Shown here: positions 1 to 11,496 of the stretch, piece after piece
Layout of the letters: each line of letters starts with the position of its first letter
How positions within the stretch are numbered: position 1 is the first letter of the stretch
Assembly: GCA_973895155.1 (NCBI GenBank)
Contig: OZ316891.1
Location: forward strand, 16,581,651 to 16,645,650
DNA length: 64,000 nt
From: Marsupella aquatica
Lineage: Eukaryota; Plantae; Marchantiophyta
Direction: 5' to 3'
Notes under the pieces: generated by a model
Databases searched by the model: none
What the model was told of the DNA's origin: nothing
What the model saw: only the letters and a program-made list of their open reading frames with translations
Made by a program: the position numbers and the translations under genes

Positions 1-1435
1 TCCGACGTTACTGACTCCGACGCCAAGCTCCTCTATGGTCCAGGCCTCCGAAATGGCCATCCGGTGGGGGACTAAGTATGGGGAGACTAGTGGGCAATGA
101 GACGTTGCACTAGCAAGCTAGGGCAAGGCGCTAAGCTGGTGACACACACTAAGGACTTAGACTAGCGTGGAGTTGGTCGGGTCATGGGAAGGCCGGGCTC
201 AAGGTGGACTGTCCGGACCCCCGGACGGACTTTGAGTTTTGAGGGCTTGAGTGGGAGCTTCTCTTGGGCCCACGGTTAAAGAAGTTTACTTCATGCGCAA
301 CGGACGTTCGGCGCATGAGATACGGTGTGGCCCAGGTGTGGCCGTCCGAGACCCCTGATTGAAGACGGGTTCTGAAGGCTTAGCATGAGCATTGGGTTGG
401 CTCGATCACAACGAGCTAAGGCACTCCACTTACGGACGATTAGCTAGAAAATCATGGGCATACCAAGTTAGTTGCGTGTCCATGAGTGCGGGTTGCAGTC
501 CAAGTTGAGGGCCAAATAGAGGGGACCATAGCCGGTCTAGGGGTGACAGGTCTCCAGAAGCATATATGAGGGGAGTGGTGTCTCCTTGGGGCCAAGTGCA
601 AGCCAAGTCGTGAGTCGTGGCGGTCGCAACACTAAGGAGACATGTCAAACAAAAATGATGATAACTTCTCAATGGGAAGTCTGTTGGAGGACTTCTTGGA
701 TGTGTTGGAAAGCTATTGAGGAGTACTACATCCTCCTAAGCTAAGCTGGGTCTGGGGCTGCCTTTGGGTCTCAAGGTTTGCGGGGGCTATCTCTCCCGTT
801 GGCCAAATCCTACCGAAATAGTAGCCAAGCCGCGTTCAATTTCCCACGAGAGCTTACATTGGGGAGGCAATGCAAAGTAGGTATGGGTGTTGAGGTCCAA
901 GTGAATTTGGCCCCTAGAATTTCAGTTGGGTAGAACCTTAGAGATGGCCGCTAGAGTCAAGGCCAATCTGGTCACGATGTTTAGGTCAAGCTTCGGGACA
1001 AGCTAGCTATTTGGGCCATGAGCATGTCATGGGGGCAGGGTAGTCAACCAGTGACAAATAGGAAGTGGGGAAGCACAAGCGACACCCAAAGAGGGGTTGT
1101 TTTGAACAAATAGTGGGTGTCGGCTCTAGCTTTAGCTTATGGCAAGGCCATGCAGACCCGGGAGGTTCTATTCGCTGACCTACTTACCAATCTATGTTAA
1201 GCTTGAATGGAGACACTAGTCTTGGAGTTCCTAGATCTTACGGGGTTACTTACCAAGGTGTTTGGTTGCTTGTGCAAATAGTGAGGACCGTTGAGCGACG
1301 GTTGTGTTGGGGAGCAAGTGCAGTTGTAGGTGCTAGGGGTACCAAGTTTGCACAGAGAGTTTCATGTAGGCGGTCGGGCACCAAGGGCACTTAGGCAAGG
1401 GTGTTGGGATTGGTGAAGGCGTTGGGTCCATCACT
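1..1435 (+). mobile_element. Degenerate LTR (solo or 3' LTR, cut by the window edge) of the Ty3/gypsy family at 7005-11496
   Basis: Colinear similarity to 7037-8520 throughout, including CTGACTCCGACGCC, AGCATATATGAGGGGAGTGGTGTCTCC and TGGTTGCTTGTGCA; ends GTCCATCACT; no PBS follows. Confidence 0.85.
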
Positions 1436-3577
1436 CTGGTAACGAGTGATGTTGTACTCTCTATATTGTCATATTTTGATGCCCGATTGCCACTTATTTT
1501 TCTACTATAGACAAATGCATTTTTACTCTCGCTTGAAGCAACCACAAATTTGCATCAACGAACAACCCTTGTCCTTGATATTGGTGACAAGTTTTTTGTG
1601 TGTCATTGACATGCCAGGCGTAATAACATGTGTGAAAAACTTTTGATTAATAGACCTGTCTCTAAAGGGAGTGACTCCTTTTCTGCAACTTTTTACAAAG
1701 TTTTCAAAATAGAACCTATGGCAAACTTGCTTAACCAGGCATGATTGGAGACTCTTTCTTAGCAAAAAGTGGCATGACATGACAAAAGCAACATTAAGGA
1801 AAGATTTGCATGAAGATTGTTTTAGCAACCAAATCTATGTTGGGAAGTTTTTCAAAAGAAGCAACACATACCAAAATCATGAGCTCACATACAAGTCTAA
1901 TCAACGTCATTGTTTCTTTCATTTGAAATTTTTTCAAGTTGCTGGAGTACTTACAAACATTTATCTCCCACTAGCTCAATAGTCGTGCTTTGCACATAAG
2001 ATGTCAATGCGGAAAACATGTAGTTACATAGAAGATGTTGTTGTGCAAAGGATATCATTTTTGGAAAAGTTGTTGTTTACAGAAAAGATGTCGTTACAAA
2101 AACTTTTGTTACAAAAATATATTGTTGTGTATTGGATATGATTTGCGGAGAAGATGTTGTCGCACAAAAGACATCATTGCTTAAATTAAAGATGCTTACA
2201 TTGAAAATGATGTTGAATGTGAAAATGTTTGGTAGGAATTTACTCTTAGGTCTGTAGCTACTATGGAACCCCAGTTAGTCTAACCATAGTCAGGTTTTTG
2301 GCTACGATGTGTCACTAGTACTATATTAAACATTGACAAGCCGACTTAGTTAGTGACTGAAACTGTCTTAGGCTCATTGTTATGGAGCCAGTTGAGAGAC
2401 GAGGAGAGCATAGCCTGTGGTGAAATGAACCATATATCTCTTGTGTCGACTATCATATGTTTGTTGGTGTTGCACATGTGCATGTTGTCTTATTATGAGT
2501 GGCGGTTGTTTGCCCAACCAAAATTTCATCTTTATAGTACGTCGTGTCCATGCGCAAGAGTCATTATTAGAACTTGATCATGTTTTTTATTTCTATCTTG
2601 TCTAGTTTTTTAGGTTGACCAATTAGATTTTAATATACTGGCACCTTAAAAAAAGTTTCTCTTTCTTTCTCAAAGGGAAAAATGCCACACCCACACAACA
2701 ACCAACCAAAAAGCAAATATGACGCACTGGAAAATGAAATAACAACAACCCCCTAAAAAACTGTATCCCCATCTCAAAATATGGAAAGAGGTTAAAGTTT
2801 CTTACAAATGGAAAATGTTACTCAAAAATGGGGAAAAAATGCTTCATTGCTCATCCTTCTTTCTCTCCCCTAGTTGTCATACCCACTGGCAATGGACTGT
2901 AGAGTATGTATGTATACCTTGCACTTCCATGTACTCATGGTAAATTGTATTCACTGCACTTGGGACACACATGCTTAGACATTTGCATAAGTTGATAGCC
3001 CATCCCAATTTTAGATAATCCCACAGCCCAAGAAACTGAGAGGATAATCCTGAAGGTTGTCATGGACCCTCCCAAAGCTAGCTTGAAAACTGAGAAAGAC
3101 TTCTTTTGGCAGGATTAGATATTATAGTGGTTGATTGAAAAAATGATAATTTTAGAGTTCCCTATATACATCTTTACCTATTAACATCTCAAATGTTAAA
3201 GAACCATAGCTCTATCTTTAATGTTTGCTATGTGTATCCTCAAATGTTTGTTTGTTCGTTTTTTAATTTAGTGGTGCCTTTGTGAAGAGGCGTTCCAATA
3301 TTCACATAAGTCACGTTTGTGTCGGCACACGATATTTTTTAGTAAAAGGCAAAAGAATATTTGCCCTGTGCTGAACACAGGGCCGATTCCTCTCAATTTT
3401 GTTATGAATGGTAATTGTAATTATGTGTTGTTTTTTCTAGATTTAGAAGTTCAGCTCATGGCAGCTGAATTGGCATGTTGGCCTTTTACCTTTGACTATT
3501 TAGAACTCAAAATAACCAAGGTGACAATGTCATGCAAGAGTGCCTAGTTGCATTTGTCCTCCAAATCACTGCTAGTA

Positions 3578-3840
3578 TGTTAGGGTGGTTAGAATCTTCC
3601 TTTTAGACCCGGAGTAGGCTAGAGTAGTTTAGGTTTAGATGATTTGAAGAATGTTTCACATGCTTTTGAAGCGAAGGTGCATTTGTTAGGAGTACATTTA
3701 GGATTAGAGGCTCCTTAGGGCTGGGTGTCACTTCAATTCTTTTTACTTTTAGCTTGGCTGTAGTAAAGCATACTTTATAGTACCTCCATACACTTGAGGA
3801 TTAGCCATGACACTCTGTATGGTCTTGGCGTGTCACGACA
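3578..3840 (+). mobile_element. Possible short solo LTR of an unrelated family
   Basis: TGTTAG...CACGACA termini only; flanks TAGTA/TGGTT are a poor TSD. Confidence 0.25.
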
Positions 3841-4888
3841 TGGTTGAGATTCTACACATATGTACACACACTACATTCTAGATGCAGACTATATAAGGGC
3901 CTACATTCCTGTTTCAACATTTTTGTAGCCTGGTATTCATTTGCATGTGTATGGTTTACTTTTGACTTTGCTGGTGTCTTCTTTGTGCAATCTGGTTGTA
4001 CATATTACATGTGAATATGAGAAGAGAAGATGCTTCCTCTTGTTTCGATATGAGGTGATACTTCCTCTGTATGCCATGAAAAAGCACAAAAGACATCGCA
4101 CGCTCCACTCTCTATCCAAAGTTCCGAGTAGCCTTTCCTTCAGGATGCTGGTACCACAGGTTTCTTGATGGATTAGTGCAAAGGTAGTGATTAAAAAATA
4201 CAACCTTCATTGTCTTGAAACTGCTGCATGACATCTTCTGCTACCAGCTATTAACCCTATTAATCAGATTTTCTTTACATCCTTGGCTTCCACTTACAGG
4301 ATCCAGGTTTTCAGTGGATATCGACTGCAAGCCGCTTTCCTGTCCCCCTTTTCAGCTCTCCGGGTTTGATGTTTCCAAAAATGCCTTCAAGAGTCTTGAA
4401 TGAACCTGGAGCTCATATTTACCGAGGTATCTCACCGAAAGGCCCATAGGAATCCAGGGTGAATGGTTTACAGCCCTTCACCCCTTCTGCACACCGCAAT
4501 GACAACATGCTCCTCCCATTCAAGCTAATTTGTAGCGACATGAGAAGGCACAGACGACTTGAGTGTTTAAGCCAGGACCAAGCACTATTCTGTTTACCAA
4601 TCGATTCGTCCCATACTACAGTGGGGCACCCACAAGCATAGACCTGGTTATTTGGATGGAGACAGACTAATGTTTCTTTCGTAAAAAGTTGAATTAGGGC
4701 TCCAGTGGAGTTAAAACATCATCGTATTTTTATTGATTCATATAACGAGGAAAACCTGTACGACAGCACTGCAAGACTGCTGTTAAAAATTCTCACCAAA
4801 CTACAAACCTTCAAGTCACAACATCAGTACAGGCCCATGTGCTGTGGTAGGTTGCATAGCTACATGATCTTATTATTGACAAGGTAGA

Positions 4889-6245
4889 CTATGTGCTCTC
4901 TAATAAGTTGTCTAGATAGAGATTCAGCAAGTATCGTCCTGTTGATTGGACATCCAATCTCTTCTGCTTAGCTTCATACTTCCCTCTCCGAAGTTGATAC
5001 TGATAGGTCACCCCTGAGACAATGTACGGCTCGCCCTTCACAGTCACAGTCTCTCCACATTGAGTGTTCTGAACAGCATAAAACACGTTCAAACACTTGT
5101 GCTCATGCTTTCATCATAAAGTTTCTTTGTCATGATCTGGTGTACGACAGTAGGTGAAACCGGCCATATATGTTTGCTTAACTGGGATTCCGCTACCCTA
5201 CTTAGGCTTCCTGGAACAGTATTGGAACTAAAATCACTTAAACCCTCCTATGCCTTGAGAGGTAACATATACACACAGAATACTACAGGCTATTAAAATG
5301 CAAAAGGGCCCATTGCAATGCCAACCAAACATAGCTGGTCCAGAACTTCCCACAGGGGACCAACACCTTACTCGGTAAGATGACATTTCATTCTTCCTCA
5401 CCGTATCAAAATAATTTTAGGCGTCCTAATTGGAAATTAAGCTAATGTTCTTACCGGAGGTAGGGAATGCACTCCCAAATGCTTCGGAGGCGGTGTCACA
5501 ACTGTCACATGATAGGGTAAGAACTCCTTGTCACCTCTGTCCCTCGTTCTACACACGACCACCAAGTTTTTTGGCTGCACTATCCCATGAGCATTCACAA
5601 ACATCGATAACAATAATGATGCATAAGATTGAGGTCAAACGGTTTCCAGGCAGACACAGACTTCTGCGTGTAGAGAGAGGAGGTGTGAGGAGAAGAACTA
5701 CACAATCTAACTATCAAAATGCCGTCAAAATGCACATCAAGGATGCAAGCATTGGATCATAGTCCACCAGAGCCTTGCCCCTGTCATTCCCACACATTCC
5801 GATTCGTTCTAATAACCAATGAGCAATCTTTTAAGCTTCCTGCCCTCCGAAAAGCTTCTTATAAAATTGGCGGGATCATGTGTGGTGCTAAGTCGGTCCA
5901 AGGCCGTACCCACGCGCATGGAATTGAGAAAAGTTTGATCGGCTTTTGAAGGTTTCCGAGAAGAAATGGATAAGAATGGAAGAGAAAATTCCTCTCCACA
6001 CATAATAAAGAAGACATCAGAAATCAAGGAATTCTCCCCCACCGTGTTAAAGAAGGCATTATATTGAAGTCAAAGTCCACACCTGACTTAGATTGAGAAA
6101 CAAAGCAAGGGGGTGAGTACCAGTAACATACTGCTGCTGCGGCGGCGGCTGAAGCTGAAGTCGACGAAGCGGCGGAGCTCAGCGAGATTCCAGAGTGGGA
6201 GCCCAGTCGCTGGAATTGCTGCAAATTACAGTAGCAGGCGGCCAT
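4889..6245 (-). CDS. Small conserved, probably plastid-targeted protein resembling cyanobacterial DUF6464-type proteins; exons 6245-6132, 5574-5455, 5068-4889
   Basis: GT-AG introns in phase 0 join a Ser/Ala-rich transit-peptide-like N-terminus to PKNLVVVCRTRDRGDKEFLPYHVTVVTPPPKHLGVHSLPP and NTQCGETVTVKGEPYIVSGVTYQYQLRRGKYEAKQKRLDVQSTGRYLLNLYLDNLLEST*. I recall this C-terminus as conserved in green plants. An extra small exon cannot be excluded. Confidence 0.8.
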
Positions 6246-7004
6246 AACCCGAAGGACAGAAGGGATAGAATTTTCTGCCCACCTGGCCTCTCCTCCTCAC
6301 TCGGTTGCTCGTTCTAGACCCGATCCTCTGCCTGCTTATCCTGGTCGACGACAAATGAAAAACTAACGCAAGAAATTAAAAATTAATTTACTGGTCAAGT
6401 TACAGTAGTTGGGCGCATCTAAAGCCCGTATGGAAAGGGCCATGTCATAGCTCCGTTTACACCAAAAAAAAAGAAAAAACAGCTTTTTAAGTACTTTGAC
6501 ACTAAAACGGTTTTGTACAGGGATGACAAGTTCACCAAGGTAACCAGGAGAGCTATATAAAACAGTGATATTTTTGTACATACAAAAAAAATAGTGACAT
6601 TATTGTAAATTCAAATATCTTTAGTGACAATAAACCTATCCTTATATTGAAGTTTACTTTCAAGAGTTATTTGGTGCAACTTTGAACCAAAACCTTCAAA
6701 AATGTTCTGAATGTGCACTAGCCTTAAAAGCGTAATGCCTTTGCATACGAGTTTGAACCTTTTGACCAAGTCTACACCATAGTTATGTTACACCATGTAT
6801 GGTAACCATGTAATCAACGTTAGAAGACACTTGTCCAAATGCTGTGCACAGCATCTCAAGTTCTAGAATAATTCCACGAGTTTGGCAATCCAGACATGAG
6901 GGAGCACAATACTCACCTCTGTTCTTGAATTCGCTTATGGCTGGTGATGGCAGTGAATTTGTGAACGAAATGTGGAGAATGCTCGATGCTGCATAATTAG
7001 TTGC

Positions 7005-8520
7005 AATCGCGAAACTCGACTACCTTAACACTTAGCTCTGGCGTCGCTGACTCCGACGCCGAGCTCCCTTATGGTCCGGGCCCGGATAGGCCATCCGGGG
7101 AGGACTTAGCATGGGGAGACTTGTGGGCAACGAGACGTGGCACTGGCGAGGCAAGGGGCCAAGCTGGGGACACACACTAAGGACTTGGACTAGCCTATGG
7201 CTGGTCGGGTCAAGGGGAAATGGGCCGGGCTCAAGGATGGCCGTCCGGACCGTCGGATGGACTTTGAGTTCTAAGGGCTTGGGAGTGAGCTCCTCTTGGG
7301 CCCAAGGCCGATGGAGTTGACGCCATTGGCAACGGACGCTTGGGGCGCAAGTTGTGGCCCGATCCGGGTTGGGCCGGTCGGGGGCCCTGAGCGGCGATCA
7401 GACCTGAGGGCCTAGGCATGAGCACTGGGTCGGCCCGGTCACAACGGGCTAAGGCACTCCGCTTGTGGATGCCTATCAAGAAAGTTATGGGCGTTGCCAG
7501 TTGGTGTCGCGCCCATTATGCGCGATGGGATCCGGGTTGGGGGCCAAATGTTTAGGGACCAAAGCTGGTCTGGGGGTGACAGGTCTCCAGAAGCATATAT
7601 GAGGGGAGTGGTGTCTCCCTGGGGGCTAAGGGCAAGCCGAAGTCGTGAGCCGCGGTGGTCGCGACACTAAGGGAAACCGCCAAATGGAAATGGCGATATC
7701 TTCCCAATGGGAAGTCCGTTGGAGGGCTTCTTGGGTGCGTTGGAAAGCTCTTGAGGAGGACTACGTCCTCCTGAGCTCAGCTGGGTCTGGGGGTGCCGTG
7801 GGTTCTCGTGGTTTGCGGGTGTTAGCTCGCCCGCTTGCCAAATCCTGTCGAACAGTAGCCAAGCCGCGTTCAGTCTCCCAAGGGAACTTGCATTGGGGAG
7901 GCAAGGCCAAGTAGGTGTGGAGGCAAGGCCAAGTAGGTGTGGAGGCTGAGTCCCAAGGATGCTCGTCCCCTAGACCACCAGTGGGGTGAACCAGAAGCGG
8001 GTGCTAGAGTCGGGGCCGTTCTGGTCCCGGCGTGTTAGGACAAGCTTAGGACAAGCTTTGGGACAAGCTACGCTATTTGGGCCATGAGCATGTCTTGGGG
8101 TCAGGGCGGTCAGTTGGTGATGGATAGGTACGAGGTGGAACCCGGGCCGCACCCAAGGAAGGAGTTGTTCTGGACGAACAGTGGGCGTGGGTTCTGGTTC
8201 CGGCTTATGGCGTCGGGAGGACCTATCGCTGACCTATTTACCAACGTCTGTTGAGCTTGAGTTAGGATGCTAGACTTGGCGAGTTCTAGATCCTGAGGGG
8301 TTACTTACTGAGGTGCTTGGTTGCTTGTGCAGATAGTGAGGATCGTTGAGTAGCGGTCGTGTAGGTGAGCAAGTGCGGCTTTGTATGGGAGGGGCCACTG
8401 GTGGTGCAAGAGGCACTTGGGTGCTTGCTCGAGGTATTCCGTGGAGGTGTTCGGACACCAAGGGCACTTAGGCGCAAGTGCTGGGATTGGTGAGGGCGCT
8501 GGGTGGCAAGGTCCACCACT
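7005..8520 (+). repeat. 5' LTR (~1.5 kb)
   Basis: Homologous to 1-1435, 11161-11496 and 53051-54765; TATA-like GCATATATGA near 7592; followed by a 2-nt spacer and the PBS. The 5' boundary is inferred from the TSD. Confidence 0.8.
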
Positions 8521-8522
8521 TG

Positions 8523-8534
8523 TGGTATCAGAGC
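8523..8534 (+). promoter_or_regulatory. Primer binding site, tRNA-iMet
   Basis: TGGTATCAGAGC. Confidence 0.9.
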
Positions 8535-8664
8535 GATTGCTGGCATAGACACCGGGCCGGGGTTGTGCTAAGTCAGAATCCAAAAATCTTAGCGGATTTT
8601 TGCGGGGACTTAGTGCTTCAACGTGCCCGGCGGGTCGACTGCGGGCAGATTTGGTCGTTGGAAC

Positions 8665-10353
8665 ATGGTTAAAAACACTCAATCAAAGAGTGGCAAATAG
8701 GCTCCCCCCACCAAGGGGAGAGCCCAAGTCCAAGATGAACAAAAGGAGGACGGGTCGACTTCCCTAGACGAACGTTATAAGCAGGACGAAGAAGACGCAA
8801 CGGCCAAACCGTCGACCGCTGCGGTGAACACGTCAAGTGCAGAGCGCCATCGACTTAAAGGGAAGGAGGTGGCTGATCCTTCAGAGGATGGGTCGGATGA
8901 CGACGACTCCGACACAGAAGGAAGTGATGACGAGGCTGAAGCCGAAATAGAGGAAGAGGGTCAAGACCCAGAGGAGGAACTGATCTCAGCCTTGAGAGGG
9001 TTGAATGCAAAACCAGAGGATGATGTCGAGCCGGACGTCATCATGGATAATTTGACCAAGCAGAACCAGGATGACACGGGTGATACCTCAGTCCCGGGAG
9101 GTCATGGTGCTTGCAAGATGCGGGGGGTATCACCAAAATCCACAAGAGAACCTAAGGACAGGCAGCACGCAAAGGAAAGATGGTTGGAGGACCGTCCTCA
9201 TACAACCCGCAAGGGCCCGGCCGCTGACAACGGTCTGGGTCCGTTGACTCAAGACCAACGACTCATCTACGAGCAGTTGGAACACAACAAGGGGGCCCAG
9301 ATTAAGTACTTACTTAGTTTGGGTAGTCAGAGTGCATCTCGTCCCGAGGGGGGAATGGTAGTTGGACGGAGTATGTTCCAAGTGAACCAGCTACCGACTC
9401 CTCCAACTTACGATGGGGCCTACGAACTTGAAAGTGGACAAAAGAACCTGAGTTGGCTCTCCACGATGGAGATTCATGTCCAAGCGTGCGTTGAGCGTTC
9501 CACTTGGGCTACCGCAGCCGCTCTTTACCTGAAGGACTATGCCTTGACTTGGTACAAGTCATGGAAGAAGTCGCGAGAGGACTCCTCCTTGCCGTTAACT
9601 TGGGAAAACCTGGTTGAGGGTCTCCGTGCTCATGTCACCACTAAGTATCCGGAGCGGCATGCTCAGAAATGTGTAACGGAGATGAGCTTCAGGGGTGATA
9701 TCCAAAAGTTCATCACTTATTACCAGAATCAGTTGGCACGTATCCCGGCGGGACAAAAGACCCTACATACACAGCTTCACAACTTTATCGTGAAGCTCCC
9801 GCTGTTGCTCAGGGAAAAGTTGCAAGAAAAGCGTCATGAGTTCAAAACGCTTTCTGACGCCTTCGACAAGGCCACTACGTTGGTGAATAACCGATCGGAC
9901 TTGGCGAAGGTGGGTGGCAAGGGATCCGAGGGGGAAGCTGGGAAAGAGAAAGGTCTCGGGAATAAGCGTAAGCAACCTGAGGGGGCAGGGGCCGGTGGTT
10001 CGGATCCCCAGCCCCAGAATGGAGAGGCTAAGTGAAACCGGAAGGCCGACAACTTTAAGAAGGGAGCCTCATCGGCACAGAAAGCAGAGAAGCAAGCAAC
10101 CATGGAGCAGAGGCGGGATGAAGGTTCATGCTTCACACGTGGTGCCATGGGCCATCAAAGTAAGGATTGTTCCACAAAAGGTGGCAAACCAAACGGAGAT
10201 GGTGGAGGGCAGAAGAGCATTAAGGTAAGTATCGCTCTAACCGAACCCTTAGTAGCTGACAAGGTCCCTGTAGGGGATGTCCCTGACGGAGAGAGGGTGT
10301 TGTTGCAAGAGAAGATACCTAAAGTTAAGACAATGGATCCTGAAATTTGTTAA
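8665..10353 (+). pseudogene. gag: Gypsy gag (capsid domain and degenerate CCHC knuckle)
   Basis: ATG at 8665 in frame with ORFs 8824-10035 and 10102-10353; premature stops at 8698 and 10033; motifs AALYLKDYALTWY..LTWENLVEGL and CFTRGAMGHQSKDC. Confidence 0.85.
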
Positions 10354-11160
10354 TGTCACTTCTAACGGTAATCTGGGTGTTGCTTTGGTGGATACAGGCG
10401 CGACCGCCTGCTTCATAAGTGGGCAGGCGGCAGCTTGTCTTGGGGTGGACGTGCAAGAGTTGCTACAACCGTTAGTGTGCAAGTTCACCAATGACACAAA
10501 GGGGATAGTGTCGAGAGTACTGCATAGACTTTGAGTAGAGGTCATAGGCGAACAACAAAATTTTGTTAGTCAGAAGATGTTCTACGTTCTAGACGGTCTA
10601 GCCGTAGGCTTCATTTTGTCGGTAGGTTATCTCAGAAAGCACAATGTTACCTTGAAACCGGGGGGTGAAGTGCTCCATTTTCCCAATAAGGGCGGTGAGC
10701 CCATCGTTGTACACGAAATTACCGAAAATAAAGAAAGATTTCTTAAAGTAAGTAAAGTGTCGTGAATGTCTCTGTGTGTATCGGCAAAGCAATGGTGGAA
10801 ATACTTCAAGGGTGGACATGCATGTTTCTTCTTTCATCTCCACCCAACTAAGGAGGCTGTGTCGCAGCCAAAGGTCAAGTCAGCTAAGGTCGGGCCCGAC
10901 TGCGATTGAATTCCCAAAATTTTAGAGGAATTCAATGACGTGCTCTCGCAGAAGCTACCTAAAGGTTTACCCCGCGGAGAGAAGTGGATCACCAAGTTGA
11001 GTTGGAGCCAGGATTGGCTCCTCAGGCTAAACCTCCTTATCGTCTGAACCTGAACGAGCGAATGATGTTGAAGAACGCCTTGGAAGAGTTGATCGACCAA
11101 GGGTTCATTCGCCCTAGTAAGAGTCCTTAAGGGGCGCCCGCGCTGTTTGTGTACAAAAAG
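10277..11160 (+). pseudogene. pol: Gypsy pol fragment: aspartic protease and RT N-terminus
   Basis: ALVDTGAT protease motif; LEEFNDVL..LPKGLP; LIDQGFIRPSKSP*GAPALFVYKK at the start of RT; contains stops and frameshifts. Confidence 0.85.
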
Positions 11161-11496
11161 GCGTGGGTTCTGGTTTTGGCTTATGGCATCGGGAGGACCT
11201 ATTGCTGACCTATTTACCAACGTCTATTGAGCTTGAGTTAGGATGCTAGACTTGGCAAGTTCTAGATCCTGAGGGGTTACTTACCGAGGTGCTTGGTTGC
11301 TTGTGCAAACAGTGAGGATCATTGAGTAGCGGTCGTGTAGGTGAGCAAGTGCGGCTTTGTATGGGAGGGGGCGTTGGTGGTGCAAGAGGCACTTGGGTGC
11401 TTGCTCGAGGTATTCCGTGGAGACGTTCGGACACCAAGGGCACTTAGGCGCGAGTGTTGGGATTGGTGAGGGCGCTGGGTGGCAAGGTCCACCACT
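11161..11496 (+). repeat. 5'-truncated 3' LTR
   Basis: Near-identical to 8185-8520; fused directly to the RT-coding sequence. Confidence 0.9.

Larger units (their letters stand above)
7005..11496 (+). mobile_element. Ty3/gypsy LTR retrotransposon, internally deleted (lacks most of RT, RNase H, integrase and the 5' part of the 3' LTR)
   Basis: Order is LTR, PBS, gag, protease, RT start, partial LTR; candidate 5-bp TSD GTTGC at 7000-7004 and 11497-11501. Confidence 0.9.

Noticed and set aside
1990-2230. Loose AAGATGTTGTTG-type repeats
   Set aside because: Low-complexity degenerate repeat with no definable unit or ends
3937-4700. Possible minus-strand exons with splice-like boundaries
   Set aside because: The frames I checked contain stops and no recognisable motif; may be 3' UTR of the 4889-6245 gene
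6942-6980. Alternative canonical TG starts for the gypsy 5' LTR (6942 or 6971)
   Set aside because: Neither gives a TSD matching the 3' flank, whereas 7005 gives GTTGC
7111-8682. Many short ORFs in the LTRs (also at 430-1545, 11246-11609, 53042-54764)
   Set aside because: Chance ORFs in GC-rich LTR sequence; frames are not conserved among copies
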